Part shown: positions 53,259 through 64,000 of the stretch, piece by piece
How the letters are laid out: each line of letters opens with the position of its first letter
How positions within the stretch are numbered: position 1 is the stretch's first letter
Source of the DNA: Cyanophora paradoxa CCMP329
Lineage: Eukaryota; Plantae; Glaucophyta
Reading direction: 5' to 3'
DNA: 64,000 bases
NCBI GenBank assembly: GCA_004431415.1
Contig: QPMI01000015.1
Coordinates: forward strand, 124,001-188,000
Notes under the pieces: generated by a model
What the model saw: only the letters and a program-made list of their open reading frames with translations
The model's database searches: none
Told to the model about the DNA's origin: nothing
Program-made: the position numbers and the translations under genes

Positions 53259-56170
53259 ATGGCCCCCGCGCCGCGCATCTCCGTTCAGAGCTTGGATGCG
53301 ACGGGCAAGCAGTTTGCGGTCGAAGTCAAGACGGCCGGCGAGGGCGGCGAGACAAGCAGGTCGGCCTCCCGCGCCCAGCCCCAGACCCGCCGCTTCGTTC
53401 GCGCGGCTGACGAATCTCTGCGCGACAGCATCGTCTCACGTCGCGACCGCGAGTTCACGGCGCTGCAGAAGCTCCTTTCAGAAAGCCATCCGGACTGCGC
53501 CGTGCCCGTGATTGCCGGCGGGCTCATCGACACGGTGTCGACGATACTTAGCGGCGATGTGCCGCTCGCAGAGCGCCGTCGGCGCAGCCTCCAGGCGCGT
53601 CTGACCGCCCCGCGCTCCTCGCACCTCGCGCACCGCTGACCGGACGACTTGCGCCTCGCCCCCGCGACGCGCAGGCCTTTCTCGACAAGATCTCGCGGCA
53701 TCCGCGTCTCAGCCAGGTCCGCGGCGCGCCCTCGGCCGCCCGCTCGCCGCGCTGAGCTCTTCGTGCCCCGCAGTCGGAACTCTTCCGCTCGTTCTGCAGC
53801 TCTGCCACGGAGGGCGTCTTCGGCGGCGAGGAGGCGAAGAAGAGCCCCGGCGCAGCGTTCCTCGGGCGCATCGCGGCGGCCGCGTCGGCCGAGTTTCAGG
53901 AGGTGCGTCCGGCCTCCGCGGATCGAATTCGCCCGCGCGGGCACGAGCGGCGGCGCGCAGGTGAAGAAGGACCTGAAGGAGCTCCAGACGGCGTCCTCCA
54001 AGCTCGTGAAGGGCCCCTCCGGCCGGTGCCGCCCGCCCGCCCTCCCGCCCGCTCCGCCTTCGCCTTCGCCTTCGCCGCCGCCTCTGCCGCCTTTGCCGAC
54101 CGCCCCGCGCGCAGCCTGACGGAGCTCGGAGCCAACGTGGAGCTGCTCAAGGAGCGCGACTCGCTGCTCGAGATGGAGCACCACCTCAGCGCCGTCCTGC
54201 GGTGCGCGGCTCTCCTGCGCGCGTGCGGGACGAGCCGCGTGTGCGCGGGCTAATTGGCGCTCGCAGCTGCGCGGAGCGGGCGGTCGTGGCTCGCAACGAG
54301 TACGCCGAAGAGATGCTCAACCTATGTGCGCTCGTACCCCCCTCCGCCCCCTCCTCTGCCTCCGCCTCGCGGCCGACGCCGGCGCGGCGCGCAGCCAAAG
54401 CGGTCGCTGCGCTCGCGGGCACCTCCGCCGCCGAGGGCCCCGCCCCGCTCAGCAAGGACCGGCTGGAGGCGTACGGCCAGTCGGCCGAGGCGCTGGCGCG
54501 CTCCCTGCGGAAGCAGTCGCAGGAGGAGGAGGAGCAGCTCGTCGAGGTCCTGAGCGACGTCCTTAGCAACGTGGCGCCCTCCAAGACCCTGCTCCGCCGG
54601 CACGACGAGATGCTGATGGAGTACGACGCCGCCGCCGCGCGCTTCGAGGGCGCCGTGCGGGACCGCCAGCGCGCCGACGGCTCCCCCGCCCCGCCCCCTT
54701 TGGACAACGGGCCCGAGGGGTCGGGGGCGGCGCCCGGGTCGCCTGCGGGCGCCGGGAAGGCCCGCGCCCTCTTCAGCCGAGTGAAGGCGGCCGTGCCGGC
54801 GGCGCTGCCGGCGCTGCCGGGGCGCCAGGTGGACCGGAGCCCCGCGGCCCTCGACCGCGCCATCGTCGCGGTGCGCCCTCGAAAGCTAAGAGAGCGCTAA
54901 GAAAGCCTTGATATAAGAAAGAAAGCCTGCCTCCTGCCCCCGAGGTCTCCCTGCCCCTGACCCCGCCCCGCGCCGCGGCCCCCGCAGGCGCAGGCGGAGC
55001 TGGAGGCGGCGCGGCGGCGCTACGAGGCGCTGGCGCTCGGCGTCGCCTCCGAGGTCGAGCGCGAGCGCAGCATCCGCGCCCACGAGGTGCCCCATCCTGG
55101 CTTCTTGTAGCTTCTCGAGGCTCTCTAGGGGGCGAGAAAGCCTCTTCGAGCTATCTTGAGCTTTCTCATAGCATCCGCGCCCACGAGGTGCCCCCGACCT
55201 CGACTCTTTCTATGCTCGCTCGGCGCCTCTTGGCGTTTCTAGGCCGTGTTTTAGGTCGTTTCTAAGCCTCTAGAGCCTTTTAAGCCTAAGCGAGCGCAGC
55301 ATCCGCGCCCACGAGGCGCCCCATCTTGGCTTCCTGAAGCTTTTTGAGGCTTTCTGAGCTTTCGCTCACCCCAGAGCTGTTTAATAGCTAGCTGAGCTTT
55401 CTAGGGCGCGGCCGACAGGCTTCTTCTACGAGCTTTCTAAGCTTTCTTTCATTCTAGGGCGCCACGAGCTCGAGCGCATCTTAGCTCTGCTTAGCTTAAA
55501 TTTTCAGGCTGTACCCCTCCCATCCCATCTCCGAGCTCGTTTCGAAGATCTCTCTTGGCCCTTCTGAGCTGCGTCCGTTCGTCAGGTGGTGGCGGCGCTG
55601 CGGGACTCGGCGGCGCTGCACGCGGCGGCCTGCGGGGCGGGCGCGGCGGCCTGGCAGCCCCTCTCGGCGCGCCTCGCGGACGACGAGGACTCCCTCATCG
55701 GCTCCCGCCCGCCCTCCGCCCCGCCCCCGGCCTCGGCACAGGCCTCCTCCTCCGGGCCCCGGGCCTCCCCGGCGGCAGCCGCCGCCGCCGCCGGCTCTTC
55801 CAAGGCCTCAGCGGAGGCGGCGGCGCCCTCCCCGAGCGGCGCGGCGCTGGCGACGCAGCTGGCGCAGACATTCACGCCGGCCGTGAAGGGCAAGCCCCGC
55901 TCCGGCTCGAGCTCCTCCCCGGCCGTCGGCGGCCCCGCCGACCGCGCCTCGCCGGCCGCGGCCGCCCCCGCCGGCGCCGGCGCGAAGGCCGCCGAGAAGA
56001 GCGGGACGCCAACGCCCGCGGCCGCGCCCGCGGCCGCTAAGCCCAGCGCTAGCCCGAAGACAGGCGCCGCCCCCTCGCCGGCGCCCGCCTCCCCCGCCAC
56101 CGCCCCCGCCGCGCCGGCCGCCGCCGGCGCCGGCGCCAAGGACGAGGAGGACGAGCAGTGGAAGCTGTAG
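53259..56170 (+). CDS. PX-BAR sorting nexin (Vps5/SNX-like) with an Ala/Pro tail
   Basis: VSRRDREFTALQKLLSESHPDCAVP..AERRRRSLQ|AFLDKISRHPRL..SELFRSF is a PX domain, followed by BAR-like helices. Confidence 0.85.
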
Positions 56171-56265
56171 TACTAGTACTTGTTTGCAGCTGCAGGGCGG
56201 CCCGGGCCACAGCCGCGCCCGCGCGCTTCGTATGATGCTGTATGTAACACGCTGGAAGCCTGGCG

Positions 56266-57353
56266 CTAGTATCGAAGGGGGGCGGGCATCGGGAAGACGC
56301 GCTCCGAGTCGAGGTTAATGCCCCCGATGGGACTGTAGATCGTCACTGCTCGGGCCAACCGGGAGGGCCCAGGGATCAGCTTTCCTGTAAGCAGGCAGCT
56401 ACGGGCCCGGGCGCAGGACGACGCACCGTAGTCGTCGGGCGTGCAGAGGTCCTCGCTGCCGGCCATGAGGGAGAGCAGCGCCCCCGTCGGGAGCAGCGAG
56501 TCCGCCGACCGCGCCCGCATGTGCATCTGCGCCGCGCCCGCCGCCCGTGATCAGCGGAACTCGTCCTCGTCGGATCAAATCTCGGATCAAATTCTCGCGC
56601 CTCGAACTCTGCGTCGACCTCCTCCCTGTTCCGCTTCGTCTGGAGCGCCCGAGCGAGGGCCAGCATGCAGAGGATCGTGCGCTGCACCTGAAAGATTTGA
56701 TCCGAGCCAAGTAAGAGGGGCGGCGAACGAGCGATCGGGGGCGAGCGCGAGCGCACGTGAGGCATGACGTCTTTGGCCGCCCCTTCGGGCACGTCGTCGC
56801 CGGCCGACATTGTTATGGGCCGCTGCGAGAAGGGTGGGAATACCGGCGCCACCTGCGGCGGGCGTCAGCGGCGGCTTCGAGCTTCGAATCGCGCCCCACG
56901 GGCCTCGTCCGTGTTAAGGAGGATCCTGTAGGACGTTGCGGGCCGGTGCGTCTTCCCCTTCGTCGCCATCTCCTTCGCCAGCGTCATCATGAAGCGCGGG
57001 GACGCTTCCACGACCGCGAGCGCCGCGCCGTTGTAGAGGAGAAGGATGCCGGTGAGCGGCAGCTCCTCCCCCTGCGACGCGTGCGCGATGTACTCGTTGA
57101 AGTGCTCGGCAAAGTCTTCGGCCCGCCAAGTCGGGTCGGCTTCCCGCGCCGCGATGACCATCCTGTTCACGAGGTGCTTCTGCTCGCCCCGCTTGTAAGC
57201 CGCAGCGCTGTGCGCGAGCTGCGGGGCCCGAACCTTCGCGGCCCGCGGCGAGTTCAGCCCCGCCTCGAGCGCCGCTTGCCGCTGCTCCTCGGCGATGCGC
57301 TGTATCCTCTCCTGGATGACATCAAGAAAGCTCTGTGACCGCACCGCCTCCAT
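56266..57353 (-). CDS. TEX47: TEX47/MOT7/DYBLUP-like axonemal BLUF-like protein
   Basis: SFLDVIQE, KHLVNRMVIAA, LTGILLLYNGAALAVVEAS, RILL and the C-terminus DLCTPDDY|VTIYSPIGGINLDSERVFPMP. Confidence 0.7.
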
Positions 57354-57461
57354 GTGCGCCGCTGCCGCGTAGCTAACGTGCTAGACTGGCCAGACCCGGC
57401 GGCGAGGGAACGCTCTAGCTATAAGCGATGCGGACGGCCTGGCTGCGTTCAATAGACTCGT

Positions 57462-58753
57462 GGCACTTCCGCCGCGTGTACAGAGGTGGCCGGGGCCGCG
57501 TCTCCCAAAGTGCTTCGCGATTGGCACTGTACCCGGCCACAAAAAAACTAGCCAGGAGAGTCGGTCGTCGCGCGTAACCGCTGCGACAGCGCGAGCGATC
57601 GGCAAGCTTTCTAGCTCCATTCCGCACATCCAGCGTACCACCAGCTGGCCCAGCGCGCGGCCGTGAGCATGGAGGGTGGCGCCTTCGGCTATTGGATCGC
57701 AGTCGCCTTGATTGGAGGCGCATTCGCGGCCTGCATAGGCTCGCTTGTGATTTCGAAGTGCTGCATACGCTACGCTTCCCGCCGCGCTCGCGAGAGAGCG
57801 CACCGCATGCGCAGGTCCGCGGCTGCTCGTGCATGCTATCGCTCTCCTCAGAGGCTCGCGCCCGCGCTTTAGCTCTTCGAATTGCTTCTGCTAGCTTGCA
57901 CGCGCGCAGGCCACGACTCCTGCAGCGCTTGAGGCGGCGTCCGACGGGCGCTGGCGGGCTAGCCACGCCCTACACCGGCCTACCCCCGCCCGCCCCGCAC
58001 GCCGGCGCCGCCCCGCCCGCCCCGCAGCCCGCCGCCAGCCCCGGCGGCCCGCTCCGCCTGTGCGCATCGTGCCGGCTGCCGCGCCCTCGCGTCCCGGGGC
58101 CGGCCGCGGCGGCGGCGGCAGCGCCGCGGCCCGGGCCCGATGGGCCGGACCGGGCGGCGATCGAATCTGCGCGGCACGCCCTCGCCGAGGCGCGCGCCGC
58201 TTCTCCCGCCCCGCGCCCGGCCATCAAAATTGATCCGGGGGGCCCCGGCAGGTCGGAATGGAGCTCGGCCCCGACGCCTTCTCCGCCCTCGTGGAGCGCT
58301 GCATCCGCGCCGCCCGCGCTGCCGAGGCCCGCCCAGCGCTTTGCCTTGGGCCTTGTAAGCTGCTGAGGGCCCTCGCGCAGGAGGACGCGGTGGGCAGCGC
58401 GTGGGCGTCGGGCCCTGCCCCCGGAGCTCATCGAGCTCTCCCCAGCGTACCCCCCCTCTCTATCCCTACCCCCTACCTCCTAGCTCGACCTAAGCCTTTG
58501 TTTCTCACCAGAGACCCCGAGTGGCGGGCCCTGCTCTCGCACCCCGAGTACCTGGACGCCGCCTACTACGGGGCCCACGTGTACCGCGTACCCCCCCTCG
58601 CCGTCGGGGCCGCCCCCAGTGGCCCCCCACCCGCCTCCTCCTCGCCGCCGAGCGCGCCGTTGGTACCCCCACCGAGGTCGCCTTCCTCTGGCCCGCCTTC
58701 CAAGGCTCGCCCTCCCCGCGGCCGGCCGGCCGACCCGTGGTGTGCTGCCCCAA
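57462..58753 (+). pseudogene. Direct partial duplicate of the TM+U-box gene and its upstream region, lacking the U-box
   Basis: 57462-57965 matches 60644-61138, then the match jumps to 62069-62876. Confidence 0.85.
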
Positions 58754-59044
58754 TCCAGTATACGTACACCTCCCTTAAAAGCTTCTTCCCTCCCGCCGCC
58801 GAACCGAGCAGAAAGACGCCGCCCTCTTTCGCGGTCGTCAGCTGCAGCTTCGCTGTTTTCGCCTACCCCTGGTGCAACACTGCCCCATCCAGTACGTATA
58901 CCCCCTCCCCTGATCTAAGAAATGATTCCGAAGTTCAAGAATATCTAGAATTTAATATCTAGCTATTTTTTTTGGCGAATTACCGGCGCCAGCCTGGCAG
59001 CTATAGCACGAGTTGGCATTACTAAGTTACTGAGTTCTTTGAGC

Positions 59045-59325
59045 AATGTCTACTGAAGCGTCCGATGATCTGTACAGAAATGATCTAAGCGATGTCTAGC
59101 TTTCTTTAGCTGGCCTCAGCCAGGCCCTCAGGGCCTGTGCAGGTATATATATATGATCTGATCATGAGAAACAAAATGTCTGCTGTAGCGCCCGACAGTC
59201 TGTACAGGAATGATCTACGAATTGTCTAGCCTTCTATAGCAAGAATGAGCAGGCCTGGGAATGATCTGACTGACTCAGTGAAGCGTCCGACGGTCTGTAC
59301 AGGAATGATATAAGAAATGTCTTAG
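59045..59325. repeat. Three degenerate ~45-65-bp direct repeats
   Basis: Core gWagcgYccgaYNNtctgtacagRaatgatMta at ~59055, ~59185 and ~59280. Confidence 0.8.
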
Positions 59326-59422
59326 AAAGTGATCAATTATATTTTTTAAACTACATCTGCCCCAAAATAACATTAAATGACATGTCCCCAAAACTGGCAT
59401 GGACCCTACTCTGTCGCATCGC

Positions 59423-60548
59423 TCAGCGGCTGTCATCACTTCGGTCCGTGTTTGGCTCCGTGCTGCTTTCCATGCCGCTCGAGGAGGAGCTGGATGGGAC
59501 TAGCCACATAGGCAAGCCTGCAGCAAGTGGGGCCTGTGCAGCCCGGCCGGCCGGTGGGGTGGGGCCAGCAGGTGGGCCAGGGATTCCGGTCGTGCCATGG
59601 CCGGCTGCAGCTGCGAGGGCAGGGCCCGCGGGTGGGATGGGCACGGCATGCCCCGCTGGCGGAAGAACGCCGACCGGCGGTGGAAGGCCAGCGGGGGCGC
59701 CGGCGGCTGGAAGAGCAGGAGCGGCGGGTGGGACGGGCGCGGCATACCCAGCTGGCGGAAGGGAAGGAGCGGCGGGTGGCACAAGCCCCACAAGCGGGGG
59801 AGCGTTGACGCCAATTGCGAGATGTGTTGAGCGGCCGGCTGGGAGAGGGCCGCGGGCGGTGGGCGGAGCGATGTTTGAGGGAGGGACCTGGGTTAGCGGG
59901 ATCGGGGAGGCCGCATTGGGGTCTGAACCGTTGCACAGTCGTTGATTGACTGCAGATCACATAAAGTATCTCAAGGACACGCGTACCTCAAGATTGACGC
60001 GTTTAGCGAAGAGCTCGCCGCGTCGCTGCCCTCGCGGCGATCATCCGCGATTGCGCGGCCGCCGGAAGCTCCAGCCCCTTCCGCGCTGCGCTGAAATGCA
60101 CGGCGCACCACTGCAGTTTCGCTCGAGGTTTCCCTCGGCGTTGAGACGGGCCTGGGGACGGATTTCTCTGCGCCGCAAGAGATCGTATTAACGTTACGTC
60201 GGCGGCGCGTCAATTCACTAGCAAGAAACTCACGTCCGGCATTTGTGGGGGTTCCATTGTGTCGTGCTCAAGCAGCTCTAGAGACGAAATGACTGCACCA
60301 GCGAGAAACATGAGGGACATGAAGTATCCGAGCACGGCTGGAGCGCACCCCACCGGGAAACATCTTCTATCGGCATTCCTGCGGATCCATTTCCGCTGAT
60401 GAGCAGGAAAGGAGGAGATGATGCAAGGCGGGCGTTGCAGTCTAAGCGCACCCTGATGAACGAGGCGTTGAAGGCCAGCGAGCACTCGAGCTTGCGTCTC
60501 CTCCGCGCTCTCGGCGCTTTCCACATGCGCGGTGTGCGTCACTTCCAT
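59423..60548 (-). CDS. Possible orphan spliced gene with a Pro/Ala/Gly-rich C-terminus
   Basis: ATG at 60548 (MEVTHTAHVESAESAEETQARVLAGLQRLVHQ), splice-like signals, and a last open segment ending ..RSDDSR*. No recognisable domain. Confidence 0.3.
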
Positions 60549-60850
60549 GCTCTCCGGCCATGCGTACACTGCCTTGTCGGAGCGGCAAGCTGAGGCGATA
60601 CGGGTGCGGCCCGTGCGGGCAGCCTTGCTAAAACAAAACGAGCGGCACTTCAGCCGCGTGTACAGAGGTGGCCGGGGCCGCGTCTCCCAAAGTGCTTCGC
60701 GATTGGCACTGTACCCGGCCACAAAAAAACTAGCCAGGAGAGTCGGTCGTCGCGCGTTACCGCTGCGACAGCGCGAGCGATCGGCAAGCTTTCTAGCTCC
60801 ATTCCGCACATCCAGCGTACCTCCAGCCGGCCCAGCGCGCGGCCGTGAGC

Positions 60851-63136
60851 ATGGAGGGTGGCGCCTTCGGCTACTGGATCGCAGTCGCCTTGATTGGAGG
60901 CGCATTCGCGGCCTGCATAGGCTCGCTTGTGATTTCGAAGTGCTGCATACGCTACGCTTCCCGCCGCGCTCGCGAGAGAGCGCACCGCAGGTCCGCGGCT
61001 CGTGCATGCTATCGCTCTCCTCAGAGGCTCGCGCCCGCGCTTTCGCTCTTCGAATTGCTTCTGCTCGCTTGCACGCGCGCAGGCCACGACTCCTGCAGCG
61101 CTTGAGGCGGCGTCCGACGGGCGCTGGCGGGCCAGCCAGCCCCGCGGTCTCTCGCTCGGGGTCCTCTGCAGAGGCGCGGGCGCGGATCGAAGCGCTAGCG
61201 CGCGCTATGATCGCCGGGAATGCTTCCAAGACCGGAGACGGCGCCCTCGAAGCTGCAGCCGAGGAGAATACCTGCCCGATCTCGTCCCGGCTCCTGCGAG
61301 AGCCGGTCCGGACGCCCTGCGGGCACGTGTTCAGCCGCAAGTCGCTTCTCACATGGTTCGCTCCCATATCCGCCTGTGTCGCTTCCCAAGTCGCCGACGC
61401 GGCGCGCAGGCTCCTGACGAAAGAGGAGTGCCCGATGGTGAGATCGAGACAGCGCCGCTCGCCGCTGGTGCCGCCTGACGTCCCGAAACAGTGCCGCTCG
61501 CCGCTGGCCGCTCATCAGCTCCAGGACGACCATGCCGCCCTCGTCCGTCCCGGCCGCCCGCGTCCCGTTTGAAATTTAAACATTTGAATCTGACGCGGAA
61601 GACAGGCGCGGGTGGAGGCGGCCTTGGCGGAGCGACCGGAGCTGGAGCAGGAGGAGGCGGAGGAGGCGGAAGAGCAGCCAGTCTTCGGGCACGCCATCTG
61701 CGCCGTGCCCGTGAGCCTTTCAACTCCTTTCGACAAAACAGCCTTGCGCTTCGTTCTCCTGAGCGCGCGCGGGGGCTCAGGCGCAGCCGACGCTGCGGCA
61801 GCTGCGCGGGGCGGTGGCGCAGTGGCACGCGTACGCGCGGGGCCTCGGCGCGCGGGCCGCCCAGTCCGAGGCCCGCATCGGGATCCTGCTGCTCTACGAC
61901 CGCGCGCTGGCCCGCCTCGCCATCGGCCCGAGCCCGTGCGCGGCCCCGCGGCCCGGCCCGGCCCGGATGTGTGCAGAGTGGAATTTGATCCGCCGGTCGC
62001 AGGGCCGCCGCGTTTCTGGCGGACGAGGAGGAGGGCCCGGCGCTGCCCCCGGGGCTGGTCGAGCAGTACACGCCCTACACCGGCCTACCCCCGCCCGCCC
62101 CGCACGCCGGCGCCGCCCTCCCGCACTGCAGCCGGCCGCCAGCCCCCGGCGGCCCGCCCCGCCTGTGCGCGTCGTGCCGGCTGCCGTGCCCCTCGCGTCA
62201 CGGGGCCCGGCTGCTGCTGCGGCGGCGGCGGGCCTCGGGCCCCATGGACCGGACCGGGCGGCGATCGAATCTGCGCGGCACGCACTCGCCGAGGCGTGCT
62301 TGTACCCTGCGCTGCGTTACCCCCGCCCATCGAAATTGATCCGGGGGGCGTCGGCAGGTCGGTATGGAGCTCGGCCCCGACGCCTTCTCAGCCCTCGTGG
62401 AGCGCTGCATCCGCGCCGCCCGCGCCGCCGAGGCCCGCCCTTACGCTTTGTCTACCTTCGAATTATTCGCGTCCCGCTCTGGTCAGGGCCTTGCGAGCCG
62501 CTGAGGACGTCCCCGCAGGAGGACGCGGCGGGGAGCGCGTGGGGCGTCGGGCCCTGCCCCCCGGAGCTCATCGAGCTCTCCCCAGCGTACCCCCCCATCC
62601 TTCCCCCTACCCCCCAGCCCGACCTGAGCCTTCGTTCCCCTCTAGGGACCCCGAGTGGCGGGCCCTGCTCTCGCACCCCGAGTACCTGGACGCCGCCTAC
62701 TACGGGGCCCACGTGTACCGCGTACCCCCCCTCGCCGTCGGGGCCGCCCCCACCCGCCTCCTCCTCGCCGCCGAGCGCGCCGTCGTCAGCTTCCTGAATC
62801 CCGGTACCCCCGTCGAGGTCGCGTTCCTCCGGCCCGCCCTCGCCCGCCCCGCCGACCCGTGGTGCGCTGCCCCAACCCCGTACCCCACTCTTCCCCGCCC
62901 CCTCTTATACCTCTTACAGGTCGCCGCTGGATGCGTTCTTCGACCTGCGGGTCGGGGGCCGCAGCCTTGGGGCCGTCTGCCCTGGGCCGGGCTTCACGCT
63001 GCTGCTCCCGCCCCTGAGCCCCGCCGACGGCCCGGCCCTCCTGCTCTCCCGGGAGGCCGGCGGGCCCGTTGGGCCCCTCTGCCGCCTCCTGCCCCTCGGG
63101 CCCCGCTCCCTCTGCCCCGTACCCTGGATCCTCTGA
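60851..63136 (+). CDS. Membrane-anchored U-box/RING-like E3 ligase
   Basis: N-terminal TM FGYWIAVALIGGAFAACIGSLVI, then spliced CPISSRLLREPVRTPCGHVFSRKSLLTW|LLTKEECPM|CRSPLAAHQL; ends ..SLCPVPWIL*. Confidence 0.75.
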
Positions 63137-63269
63137 GAGGCTGTAGCCCCCTTCGGCGCCTCGGGGCCGGCCCGGCCCCATGGCCCTCCCGTGTAGCGGG
63201 CGGGCGCTTGTAAGTAACTGTACATGTGCAATCAGAGAAATTGGCCTGGCCAGCGCGGAGCGGGGCGGG

Positions 63270-63823
63270 TCAGGCGGCGGGGAGGAGGGACGGGGGCAGG
63301 AAGGCCTCGACGCGCCAGCCGCCGCCGTCCACCGCCGCCAGAACGATCGCCCCCGAGTTGACGCACTTCACCACCTGCCGCCCCGCCCCGCCCCGCGCGT
63401 CAGGGGCGGCCGTGCGGCCAAGCGCGAGGGGCCTCCGCTCACGCCACGCACCTCGCGGGATGCGTCGCCGTTGACGAGGAACGCGACGAAGCGCCCGACA
63501 AACGGCATGTGCGACACGAGCAGCGGGACGAAGCGCTCGCGCGCGTCGCTGCACGCCTCCGAGACCGCCCGCAGCGCCTCCGCCGGCTCGCTCTTCGCCT
63601 GGAGCTGCTCGAGCTGGTACGCGCTGTCCGCGCCGGCGAGGATCTCGGCGGTCTGCCTGGCGCGGAGCACGCCGCTGTGAAAGACGGGGCCGTACTGGAG
63701 GCCGGAGGCCTTCAGGAAGGCGGCCACGGCGCGCGTCTCGCGGGCGCCGTCCGCTGTGATCGGGCGCTCCCCGTCGGGCTCGGCAAGCGCGTGCTGGCAG
63801 ACGATGATCCGCGACAGGGGCAT
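63270..63823 (-). CDS. sixA: SixA-like phosphohistidine phosphatase with one intron (63375-63451)
   Basis: IIVCQHALA, ERPITADG, VFHSGVLRARQTAEIL, LLVSHMPFVGRF and W.VEAFLPP form a compact SixA-type histidine phosphatase. Confidence 0.85.
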
Positions 63824-64000
63824 GGCGACTGTCGGACTCGCTCACGCTTACGGGGAGGTGCTTTCGCGTGCGCGCTTGGAAGCTAAAACGTTAACGCCGG
63901 GCGCTGGGCTTCAAAGGATAAATGTACGCGTCCGTTGAGGTTGAGTCGAGGGCGGGGGGCCAGAGGGCGGGGGCCCGGGGCAGGTTTCAGGGGGTACGTC

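Noticed and set aside
53258-53261. Overlapping divergent start codons (CATG) for the sorting nexin and INTU
   Set aside because: The minus ORF from 53260 stops at 53042. INTU-like sequence is better explained by ATG 53141 spliced to QILYAYP.
59045-59325. CRISPR-like spaced repeats
   Set aside because: There are only three degenerate units with irregular spacing, the context is eukaryotic, and no cas genes are present.

Overview
This is eukaryotic, very GC-rich, gene-dense DNA with many short spliceosomal introns (GT-AG and frequent GC-AG; CTGAC/CTCAC branch sites). It comes from a flagellated protist or alga; the style resembles a glaucophyte such as Cyanophora, which is inference only. Most long Arg/Pro/Gly/Ala ORFs in the track are GC artefacts, so genes were rebuilt by splicing by hand and many boundaries are approximate. 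Recognisable genes are the 3' part of SMG1, a membrin/GOSR2 SNARE, a dsRBM-like protein, a conserved HIYFFYRPK-family protein, an EHD/dynamin-like GTPase, a TPR+IQ protein, a guanylate kinase with an acidic tail, a BTB protein, a PhnP-like metallo-hydrolase, a lower-GC LRR-like gene, an Inturned-like protein, a PX-BAR sorting nexin, a TEX47/MOT7/DYBLUP-like protein, a TM+U-box protein and a bacterial-type SixA. The most notable finding is a 4-exon gene at 12060-12875 that the ORF track splits and truncates. It encodes a FAM241/DUF4605-like membrane protein whose in-frame TGA reads ...PPPSA-U-GRGPC* after splicing, and a well-formed non-canonical type II SECIS hairpin begins about 45 nt after the stop. 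It is a candidate selenoprotein of a family I do not know to contain Sec. The window also shows local gene-fragment duplications, introns that carry copies of their own exon end plus splice donor, and a dispersed GACCGTCGGACG motif.
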